A stretch of 64,000 bases of DNA from Vulcanimicrobiota bacterium (GTDB taxonomy: Bacteria > Vulcanimicrobiota > Xenobia > Xenobiales > JADMJV01). Positions 1 to 9,931 of the stretch are shown here, one piece after another. The number at the start of each line of letters is the position of its first letter. Within the stretch, counting starts at the first letter, position 1. The notes beneath the pieces are model-generated. The model searched no databases and was not told the DNA's origin. It was given only the letters and a program-made list of their open reading frames with translations. Made by a program: the position numbers and the translations under genes. Where the stretch lies: NCBI GenBank assembly GCA_019637395.1, contig JAHBVR010000005.1, positions 65,312-129,311 on the forward strand. Reading direction: 5' to 3'.

Positions 1-1
1 T

Positions 2-697
2 GTTTTCAGCGGTCAGGAGCAGCGGTTTTGGTACGAGACTCTGAAGTTCTACGTTGACTCCGTTCCTGTTCAGTGCTCCGACTGCCGTCGTGAAGCGCGA
101 GCAAGGAAGCGTGCCCAGAAAACCTTGCAAACGCTGCTTCCCCTTCCTCCTCGAGCGGATTGGCGACAGTGTGAGCAGGCGGCCCGAGCGGCCGCACTGG
201 TTGGCGGGTCGAAGGCCCTCGAGTATTGGCGCCGCGCGAAAAATCTATGTGGCGACCCCGAAGAAAGGTTGCGCCTGGAGTCGGAGATCGCTGCATTCAA
301 ACCGCTGCCTGCGCTGCAGGTTCGGAGGGACAGGCTGCTGGTGGAACAGTTGGAGCTGCATTATCGTCGTGAACCGGTGACGAACATCCTGTCGGACGAG
401 GACCGGACCAGCATCTTGAAAGCTCCGGGGTTTCCAAAGAGCAAAAGCAAGCTTGTGGCGCGCATAGAGGGGATGTGGGTCCGCCCCCATCCGGACCTGC
501 AGGACCGGCGGCAACTGGCCTACTTGCATGGCGAAAACATTTGCCCGAATATGCCGCCTCACACGCCCAGGGTCCTCATCGACACAGAGACAGGAGTCTT
601 GATCTACTTGCCTCACTCCGGGACGCGCGGGCAGACGGGGCACCACCGGCACGGAAACAAGATCTTTGGCCCTCCCGGACCGCTGCCATGGCTCTGA
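2..697 (+). CDS. hypothetical protein, 5' partial. The reading frame is open back to the window start. It has a CxxC pair near the N-terminal portion (CSDCRR).
   Basis: ORF 125..697 extends in frame without a stop back to position 2. No recognisable domain. Confidence 0.35.
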   Translation, partial: VFSGQEQRFWYETLKFYVDSVPVQCSDCRREARARKRAQKTLQTLLPLPPRADWRQCEQAARAAALVGGSKALEYWRRAKNLCGDPEERLRLESEIAAFKPLPALQVRRDRLLVEQLELHYRREPVTNILSDEDRTSILKAPGFPKSKSKLVARIEGMWVRPHPDLQDRRQLAYLHGENICPNMPPHTPRVLIDTETGVLIYLPHSGTRGQTGHHRHGNKIFGPPGPLPWL

Positions 698-721
698 GGA
701 CGGCAAGAATTACCGAGCGAT

Positions 722-1192
722 TTGGAGAACGCAAGCGGAATGCAGAACCTGCGCTGGTCGATAGCCTTGCTCTCTCTTTGCGCGATTATCTGTAATGGCG
801 ATTTCCTGAGAGACCTTGAGCCTGAGCCACTGCCGCGTCTGACCAGCAACCTCAGCCTGCAAGATGAGGTGGAGCCTTTTGTTGGAGACACTGTTTATGG
901 AAACGCTGTCACGGACGGAACGGGTAAAATTACCGTGGGGAACGGCAAACGCGACCAGGTGCTAGCCGCTTTCGGACCACCACCCGCCATTTCTTTCGAG
1001 GGCGACCGTGAGATGTGGTGCTATCGATTGCCGCGAGACTCCGGGGGTCAGCGGCTTCATCTGACGGTCTGTTTCGAGGGCTGGCTTGGTATGGACGAAC
1101 TCTACGGCTTCACCCTTGGGAAATCGAAATGGGTTGTATTTGACGAGCCGAATATGAATCCCAGTCCACCGGCCGATGTTTGGAAGATTTAA
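722..1192 (+). CDS. hypothetical protein (156 aa)
   Basis: ORF with GGAGA about 10 nt upstream of the ATG. No recognisable motifs. Confidence 0.35.
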   Translation: MENASGMQNLRWSIALLSLCAIICNGDFLRDLEPEPLPRLTSNLSLQDEVEPFVGDTVYGNAVTDGTGKITVGNGKRDQVLAAFGPPPAISFEGDREMWCYRLPRDSGGQRLHLTVCFEGWLGMDELYGFTLGKSKWVVFDEPNMNPSPPADVWKI

Positions 1193-1336
1193 GGAGCGAG
1201 CCGTGCGCATTACTTTGCTTATTTTCCTGATGCTATCCAGCTTGGCGGCGGGCGAGCCCGAGTTGTTCCAGTCCGAGAATCGTGTTCTTGGCCATGTTTT
1301 GCTGGTCGCCGAGGACGGAGATGCGGAAGCTTCGGT

Positions 1337-2254
1337 TTGGCGCGAATCGGATACAACTGCGCGGTGAGCCACGCCCGCTCCCCCCAAGAGTTGGAGGCTG
1401 ATGAAGCCTGGACTCGCGAGCGCGCTGGATGGGAGATTCCGACGAGCAGAAACGATTGGACGACCAAAAGAAACGAGCTGACGGTTATCGGTCTCGGGGA
1501 TCGGTCTCCCCTGGCCTGGCGGCGCGACGGTGGGGTTGTGTGCATCGATCCGGCTCCCAACCTGGCGGCCTATTTTGACGAAATACCGGGCCCTTTCGAG
1601 ATCATCGGTAGAAGACCGTCTTGCTGTTTTTGGGACCCCGCATACGGTAGAACCTGTGAGAACAGCCTTTATACCGGAATGCCCTTATTTCTGGGAGACC
1701 CGACCCACGGAGTTCCCTTCGAACTCGGCCCAAATAACCACGCTGCCGCCGGCTCGCTGCTGGAAGATGATTCGCAAGTGCAAAAAGAAGTTCGGCGTTG
1801 GCTAGCTATTCATCAACCGCTGCCCGTGCTGGGCTTTCCCGGAACGCGCTACCGTCGCTCGCCCAACTGGGATGTTCGCAACTTGGCTGCCAAAGTCGAC
1901 ACCGTGCTCCTGCGACCGAGCAACACGAAGTCACTGGACGAAGCCGAAGAGCATCTGATCAACGACAGGGAGCCGCGAATGTCAGCGCACTATGTTGTGG
2001 GTAGAGATGGGCGATTCGTGCAGATGGTGGACGAACGCTGGGCTGCCTGGCCTGGCGGTCAAAAGGCTCGGTCCGCGCTTGAGGAACGGTCGATTATCAT
2101 TCAATTGGTGAGCGAGGGAGACGGCAAGGAGAGTTACACGGAGAAGCAACAAGAGGTGGTGGCCCAACTGGTGGCTGATTTTCGGACCCGCTGGAACATA
2201 CCGGGCGACCGTATCTTGACACAGATCCCGACCGCGTTACGGATAGAGCCGTGA
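1337..2254 (+). CDS. PGRP/amidase_2-like domain protein (N-acetylmuramoyl-L-alanine amidase fold), probably non-catalytic or C-terminally degenerate
   Basis: The C-terminal segment SAHYVVGRDGRFVQMVDERWAAWPGG...SIIIQLV...YTEKQQEVVAQLVADFRTRWNIP matches the amidase_2 (AmpD/PGRP) core. The Zn-ligand positions look substituted (TVLLRPS in place of the HHTA-type motif). The terminal GHSD...DPGP block is absent. Confidence 0.5.
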   Translation: MARIGYNCAVSHARSPQELEADEAWTRERAGWEIPTSRNDWTTKRNELTVIGLGDRSPLAWRRDGGVVCIDPAPNLAAYFDEIPGPFEIIGRRPSCCFWDPAYGRTCENSLYTGMPLFLGDPTHGVPFELGPNNHAAAGSLLEDDSQVQKEVRRWLAIHQPLPVLGFPGTRYRRSPNWDVRNLAAKVDTVLLRPSNTKSLDEAEEHLINDREPRMSAHYVVGRDGRFVQMVDERWAAWPGGQKARSALEERSIIIQLVSEGDGKESYTEKQQEVVAQLVADFRTRWNIPGDRILTQIPTALRIEP

Positions 2255-3015
2255 GCGGTGAAGAATGGCACTGGCTATTAGCTGCGCCCAGCCGGCCTCT
2301 CTTTCTGTATCCCTCTGCTCGCGGATTCACATTGCCCCAGCCGTTCTGGTACATTCGCGAAGGGGGCGATGTCGTAACTATCGGTTGGAGTCAGTCAGGC
2401 GTCGTTCAGTCTATCCAACAAGGTTTTGATATCCGTGTTCTGGTGCAATGGTGCGAGGGCGACCTGTCGGTTCTCTTCGATGGCAAGGCCACGGCAGCAG
2501 TCGATGCCCGCGAAGCCGAGACCTGGGAGCAGCGGCTGTGGTCAAAATTCCAGGGTAAAGGCCCTATGGGTTACTCACCAGCGCGGTGCGACACCGTCAT
2601 CCGCTTTAAGCCGTCCAGCGGTCATCAGATTTCGACCGAACAGGTCTCCCATCAGCGAGAGGGCTATCGAGAAGATTCGGGCGATGTATTGGAGTCGAAG
2701 CTTCTGTTCAACCTGGAACGAATGTTGCAGGAACAGGGATTTGCTGCCGCTGGCAGCTTGGATCAACTGGAATTCATACACGCGAAGGATGTTGACATCA
2801 TTCCGAACAAAGCTGCCGTCCTGAAGGTGCGGCTCTGCAAGGTCATACCTCGTAGCGAAAGGCCCGAATTTCTCCGGCGTACATTCATTCCCGGTCCTTC
2901 CTGTCCATCCTGGGTTAATGTGTTGGCCTTCATCGAGAATGGAAGGCCCAGGTTGCTGAAATTCACCGCTCAAGACCCGCCCTTACTCTCATCGCCACAA
3001 TTCGTGGAACCATGA
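2251..3015 (+). CDS. hypothetical protein (254 aa)
   Basis: ORF whose start overlaps the stop of the upstream gene (ATGA). No recognisable domain. Confidence 0.4.
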   Translation: MSGEEWHWLLAAPSRPLFLYPSARGFTLPQPFWYIREGGDVVTIGWSQSGVVQSIQQGFDIRVLVQWCEGDLSVLFDGKATAAVDAREAETWEQRLWSKFQGKGPMGYSPARCDTVIRFKPSSGHQISTEQVSHQREGYREDSGDVLESKLLFNLERMLQEQGFAAAGSLDQLEFIHAKDVDIIPNKAAVLKVRLCKVIPRSERPEFLRRTFIPGPSCPSWVNVLAFIENGRPRLLKFTAQDPPLLSSPQFVEP

Positions 3016-3338
3016 TGATGAGTTGCCGGTCCGACCTGGCTATCGAATTTGAGTAAACGACCGCGGGAAGGCGCACGCACGCCGAGAAGCTCTGTCGGAT
3101 GAATACCGATGACGAAGGTCAAATACCAGATTCGCAACTCGGTCGAGCCCAGTGGCTTGCCGATGAGCTTTCTCTGTGCGGCCACGAGGATATCACCGCT
3201 ATGGACCTGCTGGACGCCCTCGCCAGCGTAGGCTTGAAGCTGGTGCCTGACACCGAGGGAGTCAGCAGCCACGAATATATGGGGGCGCATAAGTCGGTCA
3301 TCCGCTCTCCCAAGGCCGACCAAAATTGAGCCAGTGAA

Positions 3339-3848
3339 ATGGGACAGTTGTGGCTCAGTAAACGGCAGGTCCTCCGCGCCGGCGACCCTGGATGGAACAG
3401 CTACATTCAGTTTGTTGGCCTGACGCACTTGCGGGAGGTCCGAACCATCGACTCATCGTGCAACCCTTGTCTGGACGCGAACTGCCCGATCAGCACGCTC
3501 GATGAGTTGTGGGAGCGAGAGAACAAGGGGTTGCTCCCACCTCCAAATCCTGATGAATATTATCTGTTGTTTACCGACGCTTCCGGCACGAATGGGTCCG
3601 TCGCGCACTCGCGGCTTACCCTGCTTGGATATGACCTGTCTGACGAAACTTGGACATCATCCTTGCTGAACTGCGGACGGTGGCAGGGTGCTCTCGAACC
3701 TATTGCTCAGCGGACCGGTGATAATGGATTGCTTTCGCTTGAGGATGCCAGGCTCGCCCAGGCACTGCTCCCTGGGGCCTGGGAGGGCGATCCGCACAGT
3801 CAGGTCACTGTTTGGGCACTGTTCGAAGTGGCGCCGCCGGAGAGTTGA
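3339..3848 (+). CDS. hypothetical protein (169 aa)
   Basis: ORF only. Confidence 0.3.
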   Translation: MGQLWLSKRQVLRAGDPGWNSYIQFVGLTHLREVRTIDSSCNPCLDANCPISTLDELWERENKGLLPPPNPDEYYLLFTDASGTNGSVAHSRLTLLGYDLSDETWTSSLLNCGRWQGALEPIAQRTGDNGLLSLEDARLAQALLPGAWEGDPHSQVTVWALFEVAPPES

Positions 3849-3849
3849 G

Positions 3850-4179
3850 CTATGTTCGGGCTCGCTCCAGAAAACGGAGGTCGTCGGTAGTCTGGGAAAT
3901 GCCGGCTTCCGCCCGGGCCAGGCAAGCATAGATACTTTCCGACCGCTTGTTGATCAAGCGGATAACCTCTTGTCCTTCTGGATCGCATGCTGCAAAGAAC
4001 CCCGTCATTACTGCGATCTCGTCGACGATTCTGTCTCCCAGACTGGCCCCGGACTGGAGCCAATGCCGCGTTCCAGCGTTGGCGACCGCGTTGAGCAGGT
4101 GAGCCACAAAGTCCGGTAGGTCAAGCCCCTCTTGGTCATTGCCAACACTTTCAGGAGGCGGTTCTTGCGGATCAGGCAT
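3850..4179 (-). CDS. hypothetical protein (109 aa)
   Basis: ORF immediately downstream of the macro-domain fragment on the same strand. Confidence 0.3.
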   Translation of the reverse strand: MPDPQEPPPESVGNDQEGLDLPDFVAHLLNAVANAGTRHWLQSGASLGDRIVDEIAVMTGFFAACDPEGQEVIRLINKRSESIYACLARAEAGISQTTDDLRFLERART

Positions 4180-4531
4180 AAGTGAGGGCTGCCCGATAGT
4201 GCTCTAAATCCTGTTCCTGGAAACAGCAAAACGTCACGTGCCGGGGATTAGAGTGGGCAGCCATGAAGGCCTGAACTTCCTCGACCGCAATACGCGCCGC
4301 CAGGTCGCCCGGAAATTCGTAGACTCCGGCCGCGATACAGGGAAAAGCAATGTGGCTGAGCTCGTGCTCTCGGGCGAGTGCAAGCGAGGCGGGTTTAACG
4401 ACAAGATTTCGACCGGTCCTGGCTGGCAAAGGGCTTGTTCTACCGATGAGGGTAGCGCCCCGGCGGTCAGGGAGAGTAAGACCCAGAGGGCGAGCAAATT
4501 GCGCATCCTGGATTTTTCCCCAGGCAGTTCA
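4172..4531 (-). pseudogene. macro domain (ADP-ribose-binding / O-acetyl-ADP-ribose deacetylase-like) C-terminal fragment. The N-terminal half of the domain is missing.
   Basis: The sequence SHIAFPCIAAGVYEFPGDLAARIAVEEV...HVTFCCF matches the C-terminal half of macro domains (IAFPAISTGVYGYP...). The reading frame hits a stop about 35 codons upstream of the TTG. No glycine-rich N-terminal macro motifs appear in any frame. A different-frame ORF with a signal-peptide-like start overlaps it. Confidence 0.5.
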
Positions 4532-4676
4532 CGGAGCCTCTAGCTGGGTATGTAGACGCTATCAGAAATCGATTGCCACACCTAGCTGAGACCCAGTGTA
4601 TCTCGTGACTACAGGGCGAGCGTGGAAACGAGGCCACGGTCCAGGGCTTAGGACCTGACCGGAGAAGTCACTACCC

Positions 4677-5375
4677 ATGCTTCGGCTCTTTTTTCAGCAT
4701 TTTCGACCCGGCCAGTTCCCGGTGCACGAGGCGGTGATGAGTGAGGAGCTGGCGCGACTGGAGAATTGCATCCGAAGGGGATTTGATCAGGAAGCGGCCC
4801 TGGCTTCAGGTGAGACAGCCCTACACTTAGCCTCCCATGTGGGTTTGCATCGGCAGGTCGAGCGCCTGCTGAAAGCCGGCGCCAATCCCGACGCGCGGAG
4901 CCACGACCGTCGAACGCCACTACATTTGGCAACGGTGGCCTGGGTGATCCCGCCCTGTTGCGAGCGCCGGGATCACGACGAGGCCGCGAGGTTAGAATGC
5001 TGCCGCCTGCTAGTGGAAGCGGGCGCCGACGTGAATGCCAGGTGTGCCAGGGGCTTGCAGTGTCTGCATTTGGTGTCCGGTCGCCAGCCCGCCATCTTGG
5101 AGTATCTGCTCGACCACGGGGCGGACGTCAACGGGGTCGATGACCTTGGGGCCACGCCGCTACACCATTTTTTCGCCCTCGGATGCACCGAACTGGAGCC
5201 TTACCAGATGTTGCTCGATTACGGGGCTGATCCGGCTCGGAAGAACCTTGAGGGCCAGAGTATCGCCGACCTATTCGCTCTGGAAGAGGCGGAGGACTGG
5301 TGGGGTAGCTACTCCGATTTTGCCGAAAAATTCCGGAGGATCCGAGAATTGCTCGGCGTTCCCGTCACCCGATAG
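4677..5375 (+). CDS. ankyrin repeat protein
   Basis: Repeated TALHLA/TPLHLA...LLxAGAxxxA motifs, with at least 4 ANK repeats. Confidence 0.7.
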   Translation: MLRLFFQHFRPGQFPVHEAVMSEELARLENCIRRGFDQEAALASGETALHLASHVGLHRQVERLLKAGANPDARSHDRRTPLHLATVAWVIPPCCERRDHDEAARLECCRLLVEAGADVNARCARGLQCLHLVSGRQPAILEYLLDHGADVNGVDDLGATPLHHFFALGCTELEPYQMLLDYGADPARKNLEGQSIADLFALEEAEDWWGSYSDFAEKFRRIRELLGVPVTR

Positions 5376-5825
5376 GGTTCTGATTGACGACTGCCGTCTA
5401 CAAGGTCGGGTCCGGTAGGTTCTCGGGCAGTTTGATGTCGGCGGGCAGGTCAAACTCCTCGAGCGGTGCCCAGTGAATGAAGTAATCTTCGTCGCTGGCC
5501 CAGGCAATGCGCCCGTTGGCGGCCGCCAGAGCCCAGTAGTAACGGCCGACTCCGCCGTAGCCGCCCATCTCCAGGCTGTCCCCCTGGTCTTTAAGGCATT
5601 TCAACAGCCGGAAACTCGAGGTTGCCTGGCCTTCAAGGTAATGGGTGAGCAGCTTCAACTAAGATTCGCCTGGAGCAACGGTAACGAGATCGGAACAGGA
5701 CTAAGCCGATCCCCCAGGTCGTTCCGTGTCTTTTGGTCGAGATCCTGTCCGTGCCTTGGCCTTTCAGATTCTCGGCAAGTACACCTCCGAATCGAAACTT
5801 GGCACCGGCTGCCACGTTGAGCATC

Positions 5826-7016
5826 CTACAGGGCCTCTCCTGAAACTACGAGCCGCCCGGCTTGCAGAGAGCGAACCGCGTCGAAAATCACGATCCCGTC
5901 TTTTGTCAGTGCAGCCAGTTTTCCACCTCGCGGCGACGAGTTGGGTGTCTTTAATGTCTGCACTGCTCCGAGCCTTTTGCCGTCCCGCATGTCGTATGCG
6001 ACAAACTGATTGTTCGAGTCGACATAGGCAAATCGGGTTCCATGGACATAACTGAAGCCTTTGGTCGCACCCGGAATGACACTGCCGTTCTCGGCAAAGA
6101 GTCCGATTAGCTCTTTCGTTCTGGTAGAACTGATGGGGAACCCACCACAAAGGGTCCACCAGGATACCCTGTGATCCAACGGGCCGCGATAGACAACTTT
6201 GTCCCGATTGAGCACCTCAAGACCCGCCGGCGTGCGCCGCCAATGCAGCTGTCCGTCTGCTCGGGCTTGCGGAGCAGGGTACTCGGAGGCCAGCCGCTGC
6301 AGGCCAGGATAGCTAATCCGGAGGTCACCTCCATTACAGAGCGCATGGGCAGCGTTCTCTGCGTAAGACACCATCATCAGCTGCTGGGTAATTCGGAATG
6401 TGGCCAGCGACGCGCCGGAGCTTGTGGAAAGTGCCTGGACACTGCTGGTGCTACCGTGGAATAAGACTTTGCCGTCGGGAGAGAAGGCGTTCTGGTAATA
6501 TGTCGACTCTGGCCAGGACCAGCTATGCAGCGTCCGTCCCTTGTTGGCATCTAAAAGGATTCCCTTGTCAGAGCTGAGATAAAGCAACTTGCTGCCGGTG
6601 GGACTGAAGGCCAACCCAGGAGACAGTATTCGTGTCGCTGATCGATCTGAAAGCGAAAGCTTCCAAAGCTTCTTTCCCGTATGGCAATCGTAGACGGCAA
6701 GCGAGCCCTCGGGTTCACGCACCGCCAGTCGATGACCCTTTGGGTCCAGAGTCGTCCAAGCCTCGGAGGGAATGCCGGTCAAGTGCAAGATCTGTCGGCG
6801 TGGCTCGAGCTGGAAGACCCAGACTTCCTCTTTGCGCTGGCATAGGATTCGACGACCATCGTCTGAGAAAGACAAGTAGTAATCGGAGGCGGCCGGTAGT
6901 GTGTCTTTTTTCGCCAAAGCCGGGGCTGCCGAGACAGTGAGAAGTGCAGCACTAAGAATAGTCTTTTTCCAGCCCGGCTCGACGATTCGCATGCACAGTT
7001 GCTTCGGGAATTTCAT
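5826..7016 (-). CDS. secreted beta-propeller (WD40/PQQ-like repeat) protein. The start could be ATG 7040, 7016 or 6992.
   Basis: N-terminal signal-like sequence MKFPKQLCMRIVEPGWKKTILSAALLTVSAAPALA. Repeated ~40-aa blocks ending in W/Y (LAVYDCHTGKKLWKL etc.). The ORF track's first Met is a TTG. Confidence 0.55.
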   Translation of the reverse strand: MKFPKQLCMRIVEPGWKKTILSAALLTVSAAPALAKKDTLPAASDYYLSFSDDGRRILCQRKEEVWVFQLEPRRQILHLTGIPSEAWTTLDPKGHRLAVREPEGSLAVYDCHTGKKLWKLSLSDRSATRILSPGLAFSPTGSKLLYLSSDKGILLDANKGRTLHSWSWPESTYYQNAFSPDGKVLFHGSTSSVQALSTSSGASLATFRITQQLMMVSYAENAAHALCNGGDLRISYPGLQRLASEYPAPQARADGQLHWRRTPAGLEVLNRDKVVYRGPLDHRVSWWTLCGGFPISSTRTKELIGLFAENGSVIPGATKGFSYVHGTRFAYVDSNNQFVAYDMRDGKRLGAVQTLKTPNSSPRGGKLAALTKDGIVIFDAVRSLQAGRLVVSGEAL

Positions 7017-7306
7017 GTTGCGGGATTCGCAGCGAGGCATCCTCTGTCCTATTTTCTTGCCTGGCCCAATCGGCCGTATCAAAATGGCCGATCAGCCATC
7101 CAGGATCTGGTCCACTTTGCGGGCTGTCATTGAGCACCCTAAAGGATCCACTCATGAGCGCCCACCGGGATCCAGAGGATCGTTTTGCACCCCCATGCAA
7201 TCTTGGCGCCACCATGCAACCGAACTTCGTTGCACCCTACTTTGTCGAAAGTGAAATTGGCTCTCGGCCACCCATTATTTTTACCGAGTGTTGGGGAGTC
7301 CTGTTG

Positions 7307-8089
7307 TCACTCTCGGCTCTTGCTTTTACTACCGTTCTTTCCACTCGAACTATCCGAAGGCGCCCGGGGCTTCCGGCCGGAGTCCCCCTCGACCACCAGG
7401 CAGTGAGCATTGTCCCGCAGGCGATCCACCGTTGCCGAGGCAAGTAGCGGGTTGGAAAAGGCCTGGCCCCACTCGTTAAAGTCGAGGTTGCTGGTGATGA
7501 TGATGGGATTGCGCTCGTGCCGCTCCGCGATCAGCTCGTGGAAGTCCTCATCCGACGGTGGCCGGAGCGCTTTCAGGCCGAAATCGTCGAGAATGAGTAA
7601 GTCTGCCCGGGTCAGGTTCGCGAACCGGCGCTCGTAACTGCCGTCAGCACGGCCGGCGTTCAAGTGGGCGAGCATCTTCGTCGTGCTCAGATAGAGCACG
7701 TCGTAGCCACGGCGGCAGGCAACGTGGCCCAGCGCCTGGGCTAAGTGACTCTTGCCAACGCCGCTCGGGCCCACGATCAACACGTTCGACCTCTCCTCGA
7801 TGAAGGAGCAGGTTGCAAGGTCGTAGATCAGGGCCCGGTTCAGGCGTGGTCGGGCGTCGAAGTCAAAACCTTCCAGTGTTTTGTTGGACCGGAAACTGGC
7901 CCGCCGGAGCCGGGTCGTCAGCTTCTTTTGTTCCCGACGATCTACCTCATCGGTGGCAAGCTGCATCAGGAACTCGGTGTAGCTAAGCTTTTGGTCAATG
8001 GCCTGTCGGTTCCGCACTTCCAAGGTGTCCAGGATGCCCGACAGGCGCAGTTGCTTAAGTTTGGTGGTTAACTGAGGGGTCAGATTCAT
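7307..8089 (-). CDS. istB: IS21-family transposition helper ATPase IstB
   Basis: Walker A motif GPSGVGKSHLA, Walker B motif LLILDDFG, and an IstB-like C-terminus. Confidence 0.85.
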   Translation of the reverse strand: MNLTPQLTTKLKQLRLSGILDTLEVRNRQAIDQKLSYTEFLMQLATDEVDRREQKKLTTRLRRASFRSNKTLEGFDFDARPRLNRALIYDLATCSFIEERSNVLIVGPSGVGKSHLAQALGHVACRRGYDVLYLSTTKMLAHLNAGRADGSYERRFANLTRADLLILDDFGLKALRPPSDEDFHELIAERHERNPIIITSNLDFNEWGQAFSNPLLASATVDRLRDNAHCLVVEGDSGRKPRAPSDSSSGKNGSKSKSRE

Positions 8090-8199
8090 CTTAAATTCTC
8101 CTTTATTTTACTAGATGCGATAACGGCCGAAACAGGGCCGCCGAGGTGGCGACCTGGCCCGAGCTCGGCTCGGGCGGTTGCTTGGAATCACGGCGCCCT

Positions 8200-9774
8200 C
8201 TAGTTCATCGAGGGGCTAAACAGGTCAGACATCGGCCGTGCGAAGCGCGGAGAGAGCGCGGCAAAGGGCAGCTCAAGCTGGCCGGTTTCCGATTCGTCCA
8301 TCGGCAACTGGTCAAGCCCGTGCTCCAGAATTTTCTTTACTGTGTGATAGCGAATGTTGTCGTAAGCAATCGCACGGCGGCAAGCGTTGTTCAGTCTCTT
8401 CGCGCCGTATTTTTTGGCCAACCGCAAGACACCCTGAGCAGCGCGTAGACGGTCCAGGACTTTATCACCAAGGAGTTCGCTGATGAACTCGACGCAAAAG
8501 TCGCCGATCCTTGTAGCCTGCTCCTTGCACCATGCCGGGGTCTGGTTCAGGTAGGCCATCTTCTCCTCAGGCAGGTGGTCGTTGTTGGTCAGCCATTGGC
8601 CGGATCGTGTTGCGCGTGGGTGGCAGGCGACCATCTCCAAATTCTGGAACAACATGACGGTAGAATCGCCAGCCCTCAAGTCCAACTGTTTGCCCACCAA
8701 TCGAAAGGGCACCGAGTAATACGACTTCTGGAAAATCGCGTGGCAGTCAGGGTGGATTTTGGCAGTGGACCAGACGGCCAACTCCACCCTCTCCGCCGGC
8801 AGTGGCTTGAGTGCTGGCTTCTCTTCCTCCGCGAACACGGTTAATGGAACTAGATGGGTCGTTCCGTGGGTTCGATTTCCGGCTTCCCCCAGGACCCACT
8901 CCATCAACTGGCGATTGGCATCGCCGATGCCGGTGAACGTCCGAGGACTTTTGAGGAACGAGCGCTTTACATAGCGCACCCCAGACTCCACTGTTCCTTT
9001 GTGTTCCGGAGTTTTGGCCACACACGGTGATACCTGAAAGCCGTAACCGCGGGCAAACTCCCCGTAGCTCCTTTGGACCTGCGGGTCGTAGTAACAGGCC
9101 CGGATGATGGCGGCCTTCAGGTTGTCCGGCATGATCTTGGTCGGCACTCCGCCCCAGAACTCAAACGCGTTGCGATGGCACCGGAGCCAGGTGCTGGCAG
9201 TCTGGTCCCAGACGATTTCGGCATACTGGTGGCGACTGTGTGTCAGTGTCATCACGAAGAAATGGGTCTTGCGCGGCTTTCCGGTCACCGGGTCAGGTAA
9301 AATAGGGCCAGAGCCAAAATCGACCTGGGCAACTTCGCCAGGGGAGAAGTGCAGCCGTACGACCGGGTCAGGAATCGTCGCGGAAAGCTTCCGGACGAAG
9401 CGTCGCACCGAAGATGGGCTGCCAGTGTAGCCGTGGTTTTTGTTGAGATAGCTCCAGATCGTCTGGGCTTCCATCTTCTGCTTAACCCAGCCAAGAACTA
9501 ACTCACGATACGGCTCAACCTTTGAGGCTTGGGCTTGGCGAGGCTTTCTCCTGGCCTCCAGGGCAGCCAGAATCTCTTCCTGACTCGGCAACTCGGCTTC
9601 CGGATCCAGCCAGTTCATTTCCAGCGCAAGTCGTCGAATCTCATCGATCTTGCGCGGGCCCATCCGCAGGGCTGCCTGAATGAGTCGGCGGCCTTCGTTG
9701 CGCCGCAGACGGACGATTACATCCTGATAATGAAACACGTTGAGTCTCCTTCTTGCCACAAATGTGACCTCCAA
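8200..9774 (-). CDS. istA: IS21-family transposase IstA
   Basis: N-terminal HTH region, then the DDE/integrase core (HFSPGEVAQVDFG...THFFVMTLTHSRHQY), about 520 aa. Confidence 0.85.
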   Translation of the reverse strand: MEVTFVARRRLNVFHYQDVIVRLRRNEGRRLIQAALRMGPRKIDEIRRLALEMNWLDPEAELPSQEEILAALEARRKPRQAQASKVEPYRELVLGWVKQKMEAQTIWSYLNKNHGYTGSPSSVRRFVRKLSATIPDPVVRLHFSPGEVAQVDFGSGPILPDPVTGKPRKTHFFVMTLTHSRHQYAEIVWDQTASTWLRCHRNAFEFWGGVPTKIMPDNLKAAIIRACYYDPQVQRSYGEFARGYGFQVSPCVAKTPEHKGTVESGVRYVKRSFLKSPRTFTGIGDANRQLMEWVLGEAGNRTHGTTHLVPLTVFAEEEKPALKPLPAERVELAVWSTAKIHPDCHAIFQKSYYSVPFRLVGKQLDLRAGDSTVMLFQNLEMVACHPRATRSGQWLTNNDHLPEEKMAYLNQTPAWCKEQATRIGDFCVEFISELLGDKVLDRLRAAQGVLRLAKKYGAKRLNNACRRAIAYDNIRYHTVKKILEHGLDQLPMDESETGQLELPFAALSPRFARPMSDLFSPSMN

Positions 9775-9839
9775 TTTGGGTCCGTAGACCGATAGAGGTC
9801 ATGGCTAGATGAGCTCGAGGGCTAACCCATTCCGACAAC

Positions 9840-9931
9840 TGGATCCCGGTAGGTGCTCGCGGGTGGATCCTTTAGGTGCTCGCGAGTGGATCCTATGTGG
9901 TGCTCACCAGTGGATCCCGGTAGGTGCTGGC
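9840..9931. repeat. IS21 terminal multimeric repeats (4 copies of a ~23-bp unit); inverted copies lie at 7131-7176
   Basis: Direct visual alignment of GTGGATCC(CGGTA/TTTA/TATGT)GGTGCTC units. Confidence 0.75.

Noticed and set aside
5398-5658. 86-aa minus-strand ORF convergent with the ankyrin gene, considered as a small immunity-like gene
   Set aside because: No RBS, motif or neighbour supports it, and several other frames overlap. Left uncalled.
9840-9931. Tandem GGATCC-containing ~23-bp repeats considered as a mini CRISPR array
   Set aside because: The units are contiguous with no spacers. They have inverted counterparts at 7131-7176 and flank istA-istB, so they are IS21 terminal repeats.
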